This document shows positions 1 through 20,579 of a stretch of 64,000 bases of DNA, in pieces. Source of the DNA: Styela clava (lineage: Eukaryota); the NCBI RefSeq assembly GCF_964204865.1, contig NC_135250.1, positions 11,160,001 to 11,224,000 of the forward strand. Reading direction: 5' to 3'. A program made the translations under genes and the position numbers. The notes beneath the pieces are model-generated. The model made no database searches. It was not told the DNA's origin and was given only the letters and a program-made list of their open reading frames with translations. Positions within the stretch are counted from its first letter, which is position 1, and each line of letters begins with the position of its first letter.

Positions 1-302
1 TTTAAAAGCATGCCACACAAGGAGAATAAATGTCATTTTGTAGTTGTTGAATAAGGTATTAAGGTCGATATCTTATTATAATTTTCTTATTTTTTTCTGA
101 TGTAGGGAAATTAGCTCTGGACGTAAACACGAATAATCATAAAGCAAAGTTTGGGTATTTTCGTGACCTACACATTGAAATCTGTGTGCCTTTTTGAATT
201 CATATCAAAATGATGCCTGTTTATTAGCCACGTTAAAAATCTTTGATTCTGTAATATCCATTCGATTAGCATATTATCTATATTGTTTTGAAACTTTGTT
301 TA

Positions 303-7751
<7,449 letters not shown>

Positions 7752-10023
7752 GATTTATTCTTTGTCTGAAACATCAAATGACAAAATAGCGTTATGAAAA
7801 TGTGGAGATTTCAACTGATACATACAGTCAGATAGACAGACTACGTTTCATTTGAATAAGGACGCCGTGTGACACACTCTCTTGAATTGCGCATTTCGGA
7901 CTTACGTAACGCCACGCATGTGATTCATTTTCCTATCCGAGGTAAAACAAACTCACAATAAAAAAACTTAGCCCTGTCTAGCTTGGGGTACTGATAAAAT
8001 GACTGTAATAAACTCACTACATGGAACTTTTATACTTGGCAATACAAGCTTTCTGAAACAAACTTACTTTAAAATTTATCAAGGTAACCGTTTCCTAATG
8101 ATATAACGTGTTACGAAGGCAAGTGAAATCATTATTAGCGTACCGCAAGTATGCAAAACTACAGGAAATGGAAAATATACAGAGAAGGCTAGCTTGCTAT
8201 GCTCCTCAACCTGTTCTAAATCCAGCAATTGCTTGTAATATTGTTGCATTATGTCCGTTGGAGAGATACAACAAAACACCACCGGGTAATCATTACTGTC
8301 GCCAATAAATTACCCCGTATATATTCATTGTTGCTTCGGTATTGGGTTATTATATTAGGACGATCATACTATATATATGTTATCTTATAATTTTTATATA
8401 CATTTTTTATTTCAATTTAGCCAAAGGTTTTTATGCATTTATGCTAATTTTTTCGTAATATAATTGGGGATTTATTACTTCATTTGTACCAGGGAAGCGA
8501 TTAAAGATCGAATTCCCGAACGCTACAGATAAAGAATTTCGAAACAAATAAAAGTAATACTAATGAGGCAATACTTTTTGTACCCTACTTCCTTTTATAT
8601 CTGACTCAATCCACTATATTGCAATCATCCGTTCTTCATGACTTGATACAGTTATATTTTTCATTTCACCTTGTATTCGTAATTCGTATATCTACTCTAC
8701 ATTCTGTTTTATAGAGTTCTACAAGAACGTTACTCGTAATCTGGAAAACATAAGCATTCATGTCATGTTAAAATTTGTAATACACACATTAGAAATGAGA
8801 CCGATAAAGAATTATCCACCTAATATGGTAAACTAACGTGGGAATATGGCTTGGGGGTTGATTCAACCAACTGCAGTGTACGCAGTTAAGAATACACAAT
8901 TAGAATACCGCAGAAGCACAGGCTTATGTGATTTCGAAATTGGACACAACTTTAGAACATCAGTAGGCCTACCGTATTTGTATTTTGAAAGATAATCGAG
9001 CGTCATAACCTTTAAATAATTTTTGAATTGGCAAAAGTTAGCTGGCTGTTACTCAGTGTATAATGAATCTTTTCTGATACTGTATGTGGCAAAATCTTTT
9101 TGAATAGGCCTAGGTGATTTATAATCCACTGTCTATATATATATATATATTTAATCGTTTTGATAAATTGTCGTCGTTGTTACAACTTGTTAGTCGTGTG
9201 GTGGCGCGTTCTATTTTGAAGAGAGAATCGCTTTTCTCGCAAGTAGCGTAATAGGTCGGCTTTGAAATTTAAAGATGGGACAATTCCACAGGATGTTGCT
9301 TTATTATTTTGTTCATTATTATCAAATTGGGTCTAAATGTTATGAGATCCCATATTTTAATCCAAATTTTTTTATTTTAATTCAATTGATGGAAATACAT
9401 TTTTTCTATTCCGTCAAATGTGGCTGCCTACGATTGTAGGCCGCGTCGAGCTAACTCTCTTTGTTACGTGTTCGACATAGTTCATTTGACACACACCATC
9501 AGGCAGATAAAAAGCTACTTACATCGGGGTGACAAAATGCGGATGCCTTTCTAGTTTCTACGGGAAATAAGATGATACTTTTATGAGTCTGAAATAAATC
9601 CACATTAATCGAAACGCATTATTCGACCCCGAACCTGGATTTAACAAATTTTGTCTGTATCTTATCTTCCTGATGGTAGATATGCGGCACCATTGCGTCC
9701 TCTCTGTTTTCAAAAGTGCGGCGGACGGATAATATAACAAAATGAATTCAAGTTCCAATCCTTTGAGAGTCAAAAATAAATTGTCAGCAGACTTTATCCT
9801 AACCCTACCTGTTCACTAGTAATAAAATATATTCTAACTTTATATTATCTTAGATCTTTATCTCCTCGGTCCTTTACACATTTTGATCATTCAAGAACAA
9901 CGGATGTTTCCCCGGGCATCGGTTCCTTGTTTATTTCTGTACCAATTACAAATCAGCAATAAGTTAACTATGACGTAACAATTGGAATTTATGCCGTCGC
10001 TCAGACACTTCTTTCGCTTAGAC

Positions 10024-11069
10024 CAGGGGTGGGCAACCCCTGGCACGCGAGCCCATTTATTCGGCACACGAGCGAGGTCTCGGAATTGAGATCATTCTCC
10101 TTCAGGTAAAAAGCTTCAAGACTATGAATTATCTGATGAAACTCGGTTTTCGTTTATTCATTATGGTTTGTTAACAATCCGTTATTTATTTAAACTCTTT
10201 TTGCCCTTTCATTGCGTATATGGCTACAAATAAATATATTATGAAGAGCGCTGTGCCTGTGCCACCCTTTCTCTTCATTTCTACTTGATTTATGAAGTTG
10301 TAAAGCTCATGTTGGCTAGAGTTACTTGCTAACTTACTGTCATAAATTGATTTCGAAAGAAGTATAAGCGATTAGGGAAGGGAAGACAAGAGAGGAGTGC
10401 AGAAACGAACTATTGCGTGATTGGGATGCCCGAGAATTTTTCGTGTTCTAAAAACTTTGCAACTGCATTACTCTCCATGTTTTCATCTACATATTATGCT
10501 TGTGAATTTTGGTTCTCAGTTATGAACTTTATTGGGGGCTCCCGAAGTATGCGAACCAAGATGGCGGACATCGGAATGTAATATGTGTACTAGGTTAGGG
10601 TTAGGCCATAATTTTAGGTATAAATACTACCGGAGGCTCTTGGCTAGTCTTCGAACTGATAATAGGACTAAAATGAGGAAAATTGGAAAAAAATTATTGC
10701 CTAACCCTAACCTGTTACCCATGTTACGTTCCGATATCCGCCATCTTGGTTCGCATACTTCGGGAGCACCCTTTATTGAGTCTCGTAATAGGAGTAGCCT
10801 GGAAGTTATAAAATATAAACCCAATGTAAAATCTTTATCAGCGGTAATGCAGCTGATATAGAATAAGAAAAGTAATCAAATCTATTTGTCAAACTGATAT
10901 TTTCCCGATTATTGAATCTGTCTGTACACGTTTAAAAGGTTTATTATTGTGTATTTCTGCTTTAAAAGTGGCAAAGCATTGTTTTTAATTTCGGTCGGCA
11001 CGCGGAACAATTTTGTCGATAAAATTTGCCGATTTTGGCACGCGAGTCAAAAAAGGTTGCCCACCCCTG
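10024..11069. mobile_element. Non-autonomous hAT (Buster/Charlie-like) element carrying a nested MITE
   Basis: Perfect 15-bp TIR caggggtgggcaacc/ggttgcccacccctg and perfect 8-bp TSD gcttagac. A second, inverted copy lies at 30329-31225. Confidence 0.92.
10535..10770. mobile_element. Merlin-like MITE with ~80-bp TIRs containing telomeric ttagggttagg, nested in the hAT element
   Basis: Starts ggggctcccgaagtatgcgaaccaagatggcgga and ends tccgccatcttggttcgcatacttcgggagcacc. 8-bp TSD ctttattg. Absent from the paralogous hAT copy at 30329-31225. Confidence 0.88.
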
Positions 11070-11188
11070 GCTTAGACAGATATTGTAGCGTGATTGTAAG
11101 TATTGCCTCTTTTTGGTAGTTTTGCGTGTTATTCGTCAGTTTTTAGTTGTGTTTCTAAAAAATAGTTATTAAATCACATAACTTAGAC

Positions 11189-12651
11189 CAGGGGTCACCA
11201 AACTACGGCCCGCGGGGCGGATCCGGCCCGCGACGTCATTTTATCCGGCCCGCGGCGTCATTTTATCCGGTCCGCAATAACACACAAAAATGGCTAAATT
11301 TTTTTCCAAGGGAGATTTTCATGAGCATCGTCGTCTTTGTTTATTTCGTAACATTGGCCAATCGGCAAGATGCAAAAAAGTGACGTAATAATAGGCCTTT
11401 CCGCGTCCGCTCAGACACTTTTGTCACCCTGACAGATTTTCAGTCGTGGTTGTAAACAAAACTTCGTTTTTGCGACTTTGAATTCTACCAGTACGTAACG
11501 TTTTCTGCGAAACACTTGTACACTCGTGGCGCGTGCTTTCGACGAAACTGTTTGTTTTTTGTGCTAAAATAAACGTCGAATGTGCATTTTGTGCAGTACT
11601 GTAATCCCTCGCGTACTGCTCCAATTTCAAAAGCCACACTAACTTTTGTACTGCTTTAATGGGGATATTCATGTAGGTATATTACAAAAAAATTGAAGTC
11701 CATCCGATTTAAATAAAAACTGCTCCAGTGGAAAGATCTGAGTAAAAATAGAAAACGATACCAAGTTTATAATAAACGGTCAAGAAATAACGGAGATATC
11801 GGAATTTTAGTACCGCCCGACAGGCCAATTTTTTCCATAATGATTGTATTACTTTTTTGATAAGAACTGAACTAAATATGGAAAAATAACACATATCAAT
11901 CACTAATCTTTCGATGTGCGTCACATCTATGGTATATTGAGACTATTTCAGACTTTTATTCTGGAAACGGTCATTGACACCGCCGAAAGATCGTCGCAAA
12001 TAAACGCTGGAGTTGTGCATGGTAGTTTGACAGTGGTTCATTGTGGGTAATAATTAACGATGTGCTGATTGTACGAACTTCATAAAAATTGTATCGAGTT
12101 AGGAAAGAAATACACACGTCCACATACATTTTATTGGTGTCCATAGACAATATCATTAATTTGCACTACGTATAACTGGAGCGTAATTTTTAAAAGCGTC
12201 GAATGTTGGGAAATTTATGCGCTAATGAAAAAAATCAAATACCAGATAATAGTTGTTTATTTTATCTAAATTATGTCAAAATTTTATAGTATTCCAAGCT
12301 ACAGCAGATAGTCGTTTTTATGAGAGGTATTTCAACTCGGCGTAACGGTACTTAGCAGACCGTAGTAGTATATATTTACGAGCAGACGTGATGCGTACAT
12401 TTTTTGCCGAGGATTTTGTAACATTTCTAATTCATGACAGCAACGTTTTGATAACAGCTAAACTCAGGATAATTGTCTAGATATAGAAATCTTGTTAATT
12501 TTTTTTCCTAGGATGTTCTCGTTCTATATTCTGCGATATTCCCAACATTTGTGAATTTATTGTATTGCATTGACAAAAATATTCATCCGGCCCGTTTCAA
12601 CACAATTTGAGTCATACCCGGCCCGCGGTCAAAAAAGTTTGGTGACCCCTG
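11189..12651. mobile_element. Non-autonomous hAT (Buster-like) element
   Basis: TIR caggggtcaccaaact/agtttggtgacccctg, perfect 8-bp TSD acttagac, and subterminal cggcccg repeats. Confidence 0.92.
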
Positions 12652-13676
12652 ACTTAGACTATGGATAGAATAGCACTAGCCTAAAATCAGCTATCAGTAC
12701 CTAAAAGCGTCACGTTGTTTATTGTTTTGAACACGTGAGTCAGTTTATAAGCGTCAACTCTCCAAAACACTCTAGAAATCAGCGTTGAAAATTTTGCAAC
12801 GATAAACTATGGGAGAATTTTTCAGGGGCCAAGGGTCGGCGAAACGTCCATTTATGTCATTGAATATGAACGAAATAAGCTATACATTACTATGACTCAT
12901 GGAATAATATTTAGACATTTTGTAGCACAATACCTCGGCTTGCGTCTTCCAGTTTCGAGTATCATATTGTAGACGTAGAGTACTGGCAGTCTATAAAATA
13001 ATTATCCAAGTTCAAAATATCTTCCAATATGATCTGACGTCAAGTTTCTTCATAATATTCACTTTAAGTTATTGTATGAGCGACAAGTACCAGGCAGAAC
13101 AATGCAAGAAAACAGAAAATACACAATAAAAACACTTTGAACAGTACTGATGATAGCTAATTCCCTGACAACAACAACAAGAGAGCTACGCCCAAATATA
13201 TGGACACGTCTGTTAGCAGTACAGTACGGTTTACCGTACCGTCGATCAGCGTAAGGAAAAAATCGTAGCAAAGTACCGTAAGGACTTCGTTACGAACCAT
13301 CGACGTTCGATTGGACATGATCAAAAAGAAGAGCAGTGTCGGCTATGCGTCCGCAGAACGTTCGGTGACGTCATAGCAAACAAGAACAAATCTCACAGAG
13401 CTAACAGAAATATTTGAAATAAATAAAAGTAAAAGCCTTCTGGAGAAAAATTTCATCTTTAACCAGTAAAAATTTCGAAGCAATCGGTCCAGTAATGAAA
13501 GAGAAAAGCGTTTTTTTAGATTTTCCACTAGATGTCCAAAAAGTATCAAAGAACAACAACAAGACCAACATAATATTGAAACGATCGTTATGTCCACTAC
13601 GTGTTCAAAAATTACAACGTTAAAATTACTGCAATGGCACTTTACTGAAACAATAATATCAGCCTCCTGTCGAGCA

Positions 13677-14328
13677 CAGCGTTTTCCAAACTTTTTTGGC
13701 CTGGGAACACTTACGCTTTTTATCTCGCCTCGCGGAACACCAAAAAATGAAAGGGTGAAATTGATAAAGAAAAATGGTGTAATGCAGCGGCCCCAAAAGG
13801 GTATGATACTAGTGCGCTGTAGCGTGTTGCAAAATGCGCCGCGAAAACTAACAGAATTGTGTTCAACATAACTAAAATATGATTGAATATTTTGCATATT
13901 GCATTTATTATAAATGTTTATTGCTCCCTATTTTAAATGCTGTGTATATTGATCAATAATTCATTTTACCTTTTTTTGTCGTTTACTTTCTATTACGTAG
14001 TGTTTGCCTCTAATGTTACCTAACAATGCAGTTAGAAGTACTTGCTGCAATTTTGCGAGCTGCAGTTTGTTTATTTGCTGAATCGAGTTTAGCGAACATG
14101 AGTGATTTTTTTCAGCATTTTAAATAAAAAACCAGGCAGAGCTCAAAAATGAAGACCTTTTGCTTTTGTCCGCTTTAGGCCGACCGTGACGCGATATTGA
14201 ACGATCGCAGGTTGGGCGACAACTTCACGATCCCGAGATAGCCTTAGCGACCAATTAAGTCGTAATTTTGGTCCCCTCTCCGCGGAACACTTGGAAGATG
14301 CTCGCGGAACACAGTTTGGGAAACGCTG
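13677..14328. mobile_element. Non-autonomous hAT element
   Basis: TIR cagcgttttccaaact/agtttgggaaacgctg, TSD gtcgagca/gtctagca, and subterminal cgcggaacac repeats. Confidence 0.88.
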
Positions 14329-14799
14329 GTCTAGCATAAAAACATCCAACAAATCCCCATCCCGCAGTCACAAAACCACAAACAGACATCCATGATAACC
14401 CACCGGAGACCAGAGGCACTCCCACAGACACTCATGACCAGAATCCAACCGAAAACCAACCACACTGTACCGGTACCAACCACATCACACCACAGCACAC
14501 GGTAACATGATTTCAAAGACAGATCGACAGTGTCACAGCGTCCTCAGTGTTGAAAATACAAAATACAGTAAGAATATGACATCATTTAACAGTTAAAACA
14601 AGGTTCGTCACAATATCATTTCAATATTGGATTCGGACTCGGAGTTCCGATAACTGACTCCGGGCCAACATTCTCCGGTTTTATTGCTGCAACGGGTTTG
14701 TGATTTTGGCAGCTAAATTTCGAGACTTGCAAGCGGTTTCTGCCTTCTGGGAGATCTTCGGCATTGTTTGTAATCTGTGAGCTGATAGGAAGGTCTAAG

Positions 14800-16825
14800 A
14801 TGGCGTCCAAGCTGGTAAGATTTTTCACCATACAACATATATGCTATTTACTGCAGTACCGGTACTAACCTGCTAACTGTTATCAGAATACTGTATTCTG
14901 GCGGTACCGGTAGCAGTATAGGTACAAAACTGAATCAAACTGCAAAACTGAAAAGAATACTTGTAATCTGTGCTTCCATATCATATCACAGTACCTTATC
15001 ACTGTATCGTGGGCACCTTTGCCGTACACAAACAAATGTTGTCAGTAAAACATCCAACAAGTTGACTATTAAACAACAATTCCTGAATTCACTAGACGAA
15101 TCCTCCGAATCACCAAATTCGGAGATTATAAATTCTAATTTGGGCGCACGTTCACTAAACGGCCGTAAGTACTTCTAATTGGCATTTAACAAACATTTTT
15201 ACATACGTTGATCCTAATCATGATTTGGGAATCCCACCATGGTTTTGCGGCAGCTCTAGGCGCCACAAAATAATTGAAACTGCACTTGCTAATTTGAGTA
15301 GTCTGGCGAGTGTATATTACGAGATTTTTTTTTTAGCAATCAAATGCCTTGTATCTGTGTAACATACGGTAGTGCAATAGTGTACAGTACGGTACCGGTA
15401 GCTATCATGACTGGTGATCTAAGCTTTTAATCTCATATCAAAAATGTTTCATCCACGTAGAAATGAATTTGGTGGCATCGTTTCGAACTATACTGTTAAT
15501 GCATTTTTGTTCAGACAACAGGGTTAGTGGGATTAGCCGTGGAAGCAAATGGCAAACAGAAATTAGCATTGCTTTACAAGAGAACACTTGAAATAGTGGG
15601 GAATATGCCACAAACTGCAGAATATCGGCAGAAAACAGAGGCTGTAACCAAGCACCGACAAACTATTCTCAACAAGGTAAATACTACTGCTATTTTTATC
15701 TTTCAAGCATTTGAGAGGTAAAATAATATGACTGGAAAAACTAGAACAGTAATTAGAGGTCAAAAATTTAGGAAATTAATTAATTTTTGTCTCATATCTT
15801 ATATCAGACTGATCCATATAATATATATTTAACTGAGAGGTGGCCACCTTTTTCGTCTTCAATATTTTAAATTCATCTACAACAATTTAAATGAGTTTGA
15901 ATTAATTTCCCTTTCAATCTTAATAATAGCTATGAGACCAACTGTATAGGTAACACAAGAATATGATAATTCCAAGCATTGTTGTGATTTTTGGTCTCAT
16001 GGCCACCCAAACACTATGAACTAATAATGGTGAAGTATGTAGGAATATTTCATTGCCAAATCTAGGCCCTTTGCAGCAAGAAACCAAGCAAACTTCTGTT
16101 ACTCTCACAAGATTCCACCAAACATTCAAAGTTGTGCATTGGTGATTAGTTCTGAATGCTAGTCATTACTCTTAATGTGTTATCAAAACAGCTTACCAGA
16201 AAATGGGCAAATCCGGCCAGTTGTGTAATTTTATCTGGCCCGTCTGATGCTGCCACAACCAAACTAAAACCAAATTTTGAAGTATACTAAAAATAGCTCA
16301 AGTTTGTTGAGATTGCGAATAAATTTAGTTTTGACATGTGGCCTATTGTTTTCCACTTTTGCTTTTCTAACACTGTAAATATTGTTCATAAAATGTAACT
16401 TTTCACACTTACATGGCCTGTGCAAAATTTTTCGCCCTGGTCCAGAAAACCTTGCCTATCCCTGCTCTTATAGCTCTCATTGACACAGTGAAAGACTCTT
16501 GATTTATATTTAATTTCGTCTAATCATTTTGTTGGAAATTAAAAAGACGAAGATCATGCACACTTGGGCAGGACTATCAGTTAAATTCCTTATCACAATA
16601 TCAACAGACTCTCATTTATCCATGATGTCTACATGCCATTTTCTCTCTATCATTTTACAGTACACAGATATGGCACTGGTAGAAGAGCATATTGGAAATG
16701 GACAAATTGAAGAACTCATAATTCAGGCCAAGAATGAACATCATCTTGCCAGGGAAATGGCAGAATGTCGACCATGGGAGACATTGGTTGGAGAAGCACC
16801 ACCTGGACAATGGGACTGGCCATGA
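14800..16825 (+). CDS. NDUFA5: NADH dehydrogenase (ubiquinone) 1 alpha subcomplex subunit 5
   Basis: Exons 14800-14814, 15515-15676 and 16661-16825 give MASKL-TTGLVGLAV...YRQKTE...GQIEELIIQAKNEHHLAREMAECRPWETLVGEAPPGQWDWP, the characteristic NDUFA5 sequence. Confidence 0.93.
16197..16464. mobile_element. Degenerate hAT-type MITE in NDUFA5 intron 2
   Basis: Decayed TIRs cagaaaatgggcaa/ttgcctatccctg with subterminal ccggcc/ggccc motifs. Confidence 0.45.
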
Positions 16826-16964
16826 ATATTTTTGAATATATTATAATTTATTTTTATTGTGTTCTTCTGATTACAACATCCACCTAATGAGCTGTGAGAA
16901 TATTTATTTCATGCACAAGGGATATGGGAATTAGGTTTAAGAAGATATTGCATAGTCCTATTTT

Positions 16965-18521
16965 CTAAACTGACCATAGTTCCATTACAGCATCATCAAA
17001 TCCACCAAACAATGTTTTTGGCGCTCTGTAATTCATAGGAGCGTCTACAATTTCCTTCTCGCAAAGTGTATCAAACATTTCTTCATAAGTATTTTCAAGC
17101 AAGTCTGTAATGTCCTGCTTTGGTCCCTTGTCAATGTTTTTTATCGCAGCGCTTACCGAAGATGAACAATGTTTCGAAAGAGCTGTCAATTCCCATAAAA
17201 AGCTTTCCATCGCTTTGCATTTTGCAGGATCAACTTCTGCTTCCAAGTATGGATCGCCAGCTAAAGCTTTCTTTTGTAAGGCTTTGGTATTTTGGTTTAT
17301 GAGAATTTTTATAGAAGGGTGTCTGTCAATTAAAGTCTGAATAAAATTTACCAATAATTCTTGCGCGCAGGTTGGTGCAACTAACGTCAATCGTGAAAGT
17401 CTTTTAGCAAATGCTGCAACCAAATATGCAGGCAAATGTGTTGATGACAGGAAAACATCCAAAAGAAAAAAAAATCTTGGCTGATATTTAGCATCAAATA
17501 CCCTTGGGTGAACCATGCTGTATAAATGAGTGTAAAAATCTGGATATTCCAGATTATGTTCATTCATTAGAATAAACAGGCTGTGTAAAGACAAGAGAGC
17601 TATACCACCTCCTTTGTTGAAAGAACGTGTAAGGAAATCAGCCAGGATACAAGGGCTTGCAAAATTTGGTATAACACATTTCTGAAGTATTACAAGAACA
17701 CTTTTGAAAAGATGACTATCCAAATCATAATTCAAAAACTCAAGCCAGGCATTTCCAAAGATTTTCCTTTGCTCTTTTAAATCTAACGCCTTAGGAAATG
17801 GAATTGACGAGTCCTGATACTTTTCAGTGACGACTGGATCTTTGTTGACCGCTGGAAAAATTCTTTCTACACCATTATTAGCCAAAGTATGTAAGTTAGT
17901 TTCATCCATGACAGCCGGCATGCTTTCAGATATTGAATTCAGTAAAGTGAATATATTTTGCAGCATCATAGACTTCAATTCTATTTTTGAAAGACATTCT
18001 GCTGAACATTTAGTAATACATTTGAGGGCAAAATATCTAACATCATCGAGTTTCCAAATATTCGTGCAAACATCTTGCATATGATTGGATGTATCATTTA
18101 TTATGAATGCACAGATCAGCGATTCTAACTCTGTTTCTGGAAAGCTAACATTGTCTTTTTGCAATGCGACCCCAATTTTACTTTCCATAAATCTTAAAAC
18201 AGTTACTATGCATTTTTCCTTTAAAATATCAGAATCGTGGTCCAGCAGGAGCACTATTTTTGCAAGGCATTCATTATAACGAATATTGATCCATTCTTGA
18301 TATTCCGACATTTCTTTAGATACTCCTTTTTGTTTGGTTAACTCATTGTTACATATAGCATTGCAAAAGTATGTGCCCACGCCATCCAAAATAACATTCA
18401 ACACTTCTTCATTTTCTTCAAAATTGATTAGCGGGATTAAATCCACAATCTTGTTACAATTTTGTCTGCTTTGTAATAACTCTTCAACCAAATTATTGAT
18501 TGATTTTAATGACATGGCCAT
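16965..18521 (-). CDS. NOC4L: Nucleolar complex protein 4 homolog (CBF/Mak21 domain), intronless CDS
   Basis: Single ORF with NLEYPDFYTHLY, FLSSTHLPAYLVAAFAKRLSRL and DPYLEAEVDPAKCKAMESFLWEL motifs. First ATG at 18521, with a tttcag acceptor at ~18550. Confidence 0.93.
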   Translation of the reverse strand: MAMSLKSINNLVEELLQSRQNCNKIVDLIPLINFEENEEVLNVILDGVGTYFCNAICNNELTKQKGVSKEMSEYQEWINIRYNECLAKIVLLLDHDSDILKEKCIVTVLRFMESKIGVALQKDNVSFPETELESLICAFIINDTSNHMQDVCTNIWKLDDVRYFALKCITKCSAECLSKIELKSMMLQNIFTLLNSISESMPAVMDETNLHTLANNGVERIFPAVNKDPVVTEKYQDSSIPFPKALDLKEQRKIFGNAWLEFLNYDLDSHLFKSVLVILQKCVIPNFASPCILADFLTRSFNKGGGIALLSLHSLFILMNEHNLEYPDFYTHLYSMVHPRVFDAKYQPRFFFLLDVFLSSTHLPAYLVAAFAKRLSRLTLVAPTCAQELLVNFIQTLIDRHPSIKILINQNTKALQKKALAGDPYLEAEVDPAKCKAMESFLWELTALSKHCSSSVSAAIKNIDKGPKQDITDLLENTYEEMFDTLCEKEIVDAPMNYRAPKTLFGGFDDAVMELWSV

Positions 18522-19180
18522 GATAAATATCAGGTACAAATCATTTAAACTGAAAAGTAAGTATGCTATTGATCATAATCTACACATGAAAACATACTGA
18601 TCAGGCACGTGATGCCTATATTCTAGTACTACACTTTTTTGGTTTCGTTTGCTTTCCCGATTCTATAATTAGTTTATTTATTTTGTTTTTATCAATTATT
18701 TTATCGTCTATTGCTGATTATGGAGTCGAAATAAACTTATACTCATAACTCGGATATAAAAATCCTTAATACAGTAATACAGAAACACCATGAAGTGAAA
18801 CTATTCAACCATATTAACCGAATTGTCACATTTTGGTAGAAAACATGGTCATTCCATAACGTAAAAACAACATAACGTAAAAATGCCCGATACGGTAAGA
18901 AGAGAAGGGCTGAACTACCGGTGGCGGTTGGTCGGCATCAAAGCGACTACAACACGGTCGGCATAAAGATTGTTTTAAATCCAAAGCAGCATGTGCAGTT
19001 GTGCAACAAAGTGAAGTTTTAGGAGTCAAAGATTTTTTGTTTCGGATCGAAATGGATCCCACTATCAATTTGGCATTTAACTACAACCATAACGATTTGG
19101 CAATCGCTATAAAATTACCAATATGATCTGGTATATTAGTCAATGGGTCTGACAGGTATATTTTATTATTTTCCAAAAAA

Positions 19181-19268
19181 TGGTAACCGGACGAGAATCC
19201 GTGGTTCGCCATATTTAAGCTATTTTATCGGCTTTATCTCCCATCGAGATAAATATATAAATCCTAAC
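19181..19268 (+). mobile_element. 3' fragment of the tRNA-derived SINE
   Basis: tggtaaccggacgaga...gtggttcgccatat...tatcggctt...gataaatat..aaatccta matches the 3' half of the 53466 copy. Confidence 0.75.
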
Positions 19269-20579
19269 CTTTTAGGTGTGTGAACAGGTACCACTTCTTT
19301 TTGGCAAACCTGTTTTATATTCTGTGCGCTTTCAACCTTGATTAATATTTTATCTGCTCTTCTGATTCTACATACAGTTTTTATTCGTTTTTTTTCCCCA
19401 CTTTATCGTCTGGTATGCTGATTAGGAGTCAAAATACATATGTGTGGACTTTGAAGGATGGTTGTAGTCAACTTTTTTTGTATTCATCCTAGGAAGAGGG
19501 AAAACCACTGCGGTTTGAATACTTCAAGCATTTGCGGGATCACCAGATTATAAAATCAACCAATCGATCAATTGTATTTTGGTCGCAACTAAAATAAAAT
19601 AACAGCAAAAACAAAATAACGACACATACACACATTTCCCTATATCTGATTGATAAACAATCGCGTTGGTGTTTACCTGATGCACAAATCAAGACGACAC
19701 GGTGATTCTACTAGGAACAATTGAGAAGACGTCAAATATATAAATTATAAAGAATAGGATTTTCATATATATATATCTCCGAGGGGAGTCGATGAGACTA
19801 GTCGGTAAATTCATAATGCCAGATGAAAGCCGTAGCCGGTCATTAATCTCGTGAACCTCCATGCTAGGAATTCAAAAAAATGCAATAATTGCAGGTTTTT
19901 AAAGTAACCATCACCCTTGGTTAGCTTTCCTGGTAGAAAAATCACTTTTTATTTAGACCTTGTGACGGATTTGGAATATCTTATCTCCTATTATGCTAAG
20001 AACTAAATTTTATTTTAATATTGCTGTGGGCTATTATTTTGCTCTCTAGCAAAATACGGTAAACTTTAGTATGTCTACGAGGAAAAAATAAACTCATACA
20101 TCGATCTTGGATGCTCAGACAAATTTCCTAGTTTCATGTGCTTGACTTGCGCTTTGTGCTATGGAAGCAATGAAGTCTCTAAAGTAGCCTACCAATTGAA
20201 TCTTATAAACATGGATTCAAAGCTCGCACACATTCTGTGTCGTATACAGCTCATTAAACAATATAAGCACGTTAGGGCACCAAGCAAAGAGTGGCACCAC
20301 AGAAATTTTAATAGTAGAATTTTATATAGTTTTTCGGTGTTTATTTAAAATATTACGAGTTCACCATACGACAAAAAACATCAAAATGTTCGCTTATTTT
20401 TCGTCTTCAAGTATCATATTAATATATTATCCTTATTTATCAGTAATAAACAATGAAACTTATTTATTGGACACGAAAGAAGCCTATGAGTCGTTTAGTA
20501 AAATTGTCGTTGTTTTTTCTTGTGCCTTTATTTTTTTAGTAAAAACACTCCTCTGTTTTCAAGCGTGGGCCATGTCATA

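Noticed and set aside
76-167. Terminal GH9 exon (G-HENTQTLLYDYSCLRPELISLHQKKIRKL*)
   Set aside because: It is in frame after a tgtag acceptor but does not resemble a GH9 C-terminal helix. The true last exon may lie outside the window.
10592-10712. Interstitial telomere or chromosome-fusion site
   Set aside because: Only ~2 TTAGGG units per arm, contained in MITE inverted repeats bounded by a TSD.
13343-13897. 184-aa and 93-aa ORFs
   Set aside because: They straddle a hAT MITE boundary and show no recognisable motifs.
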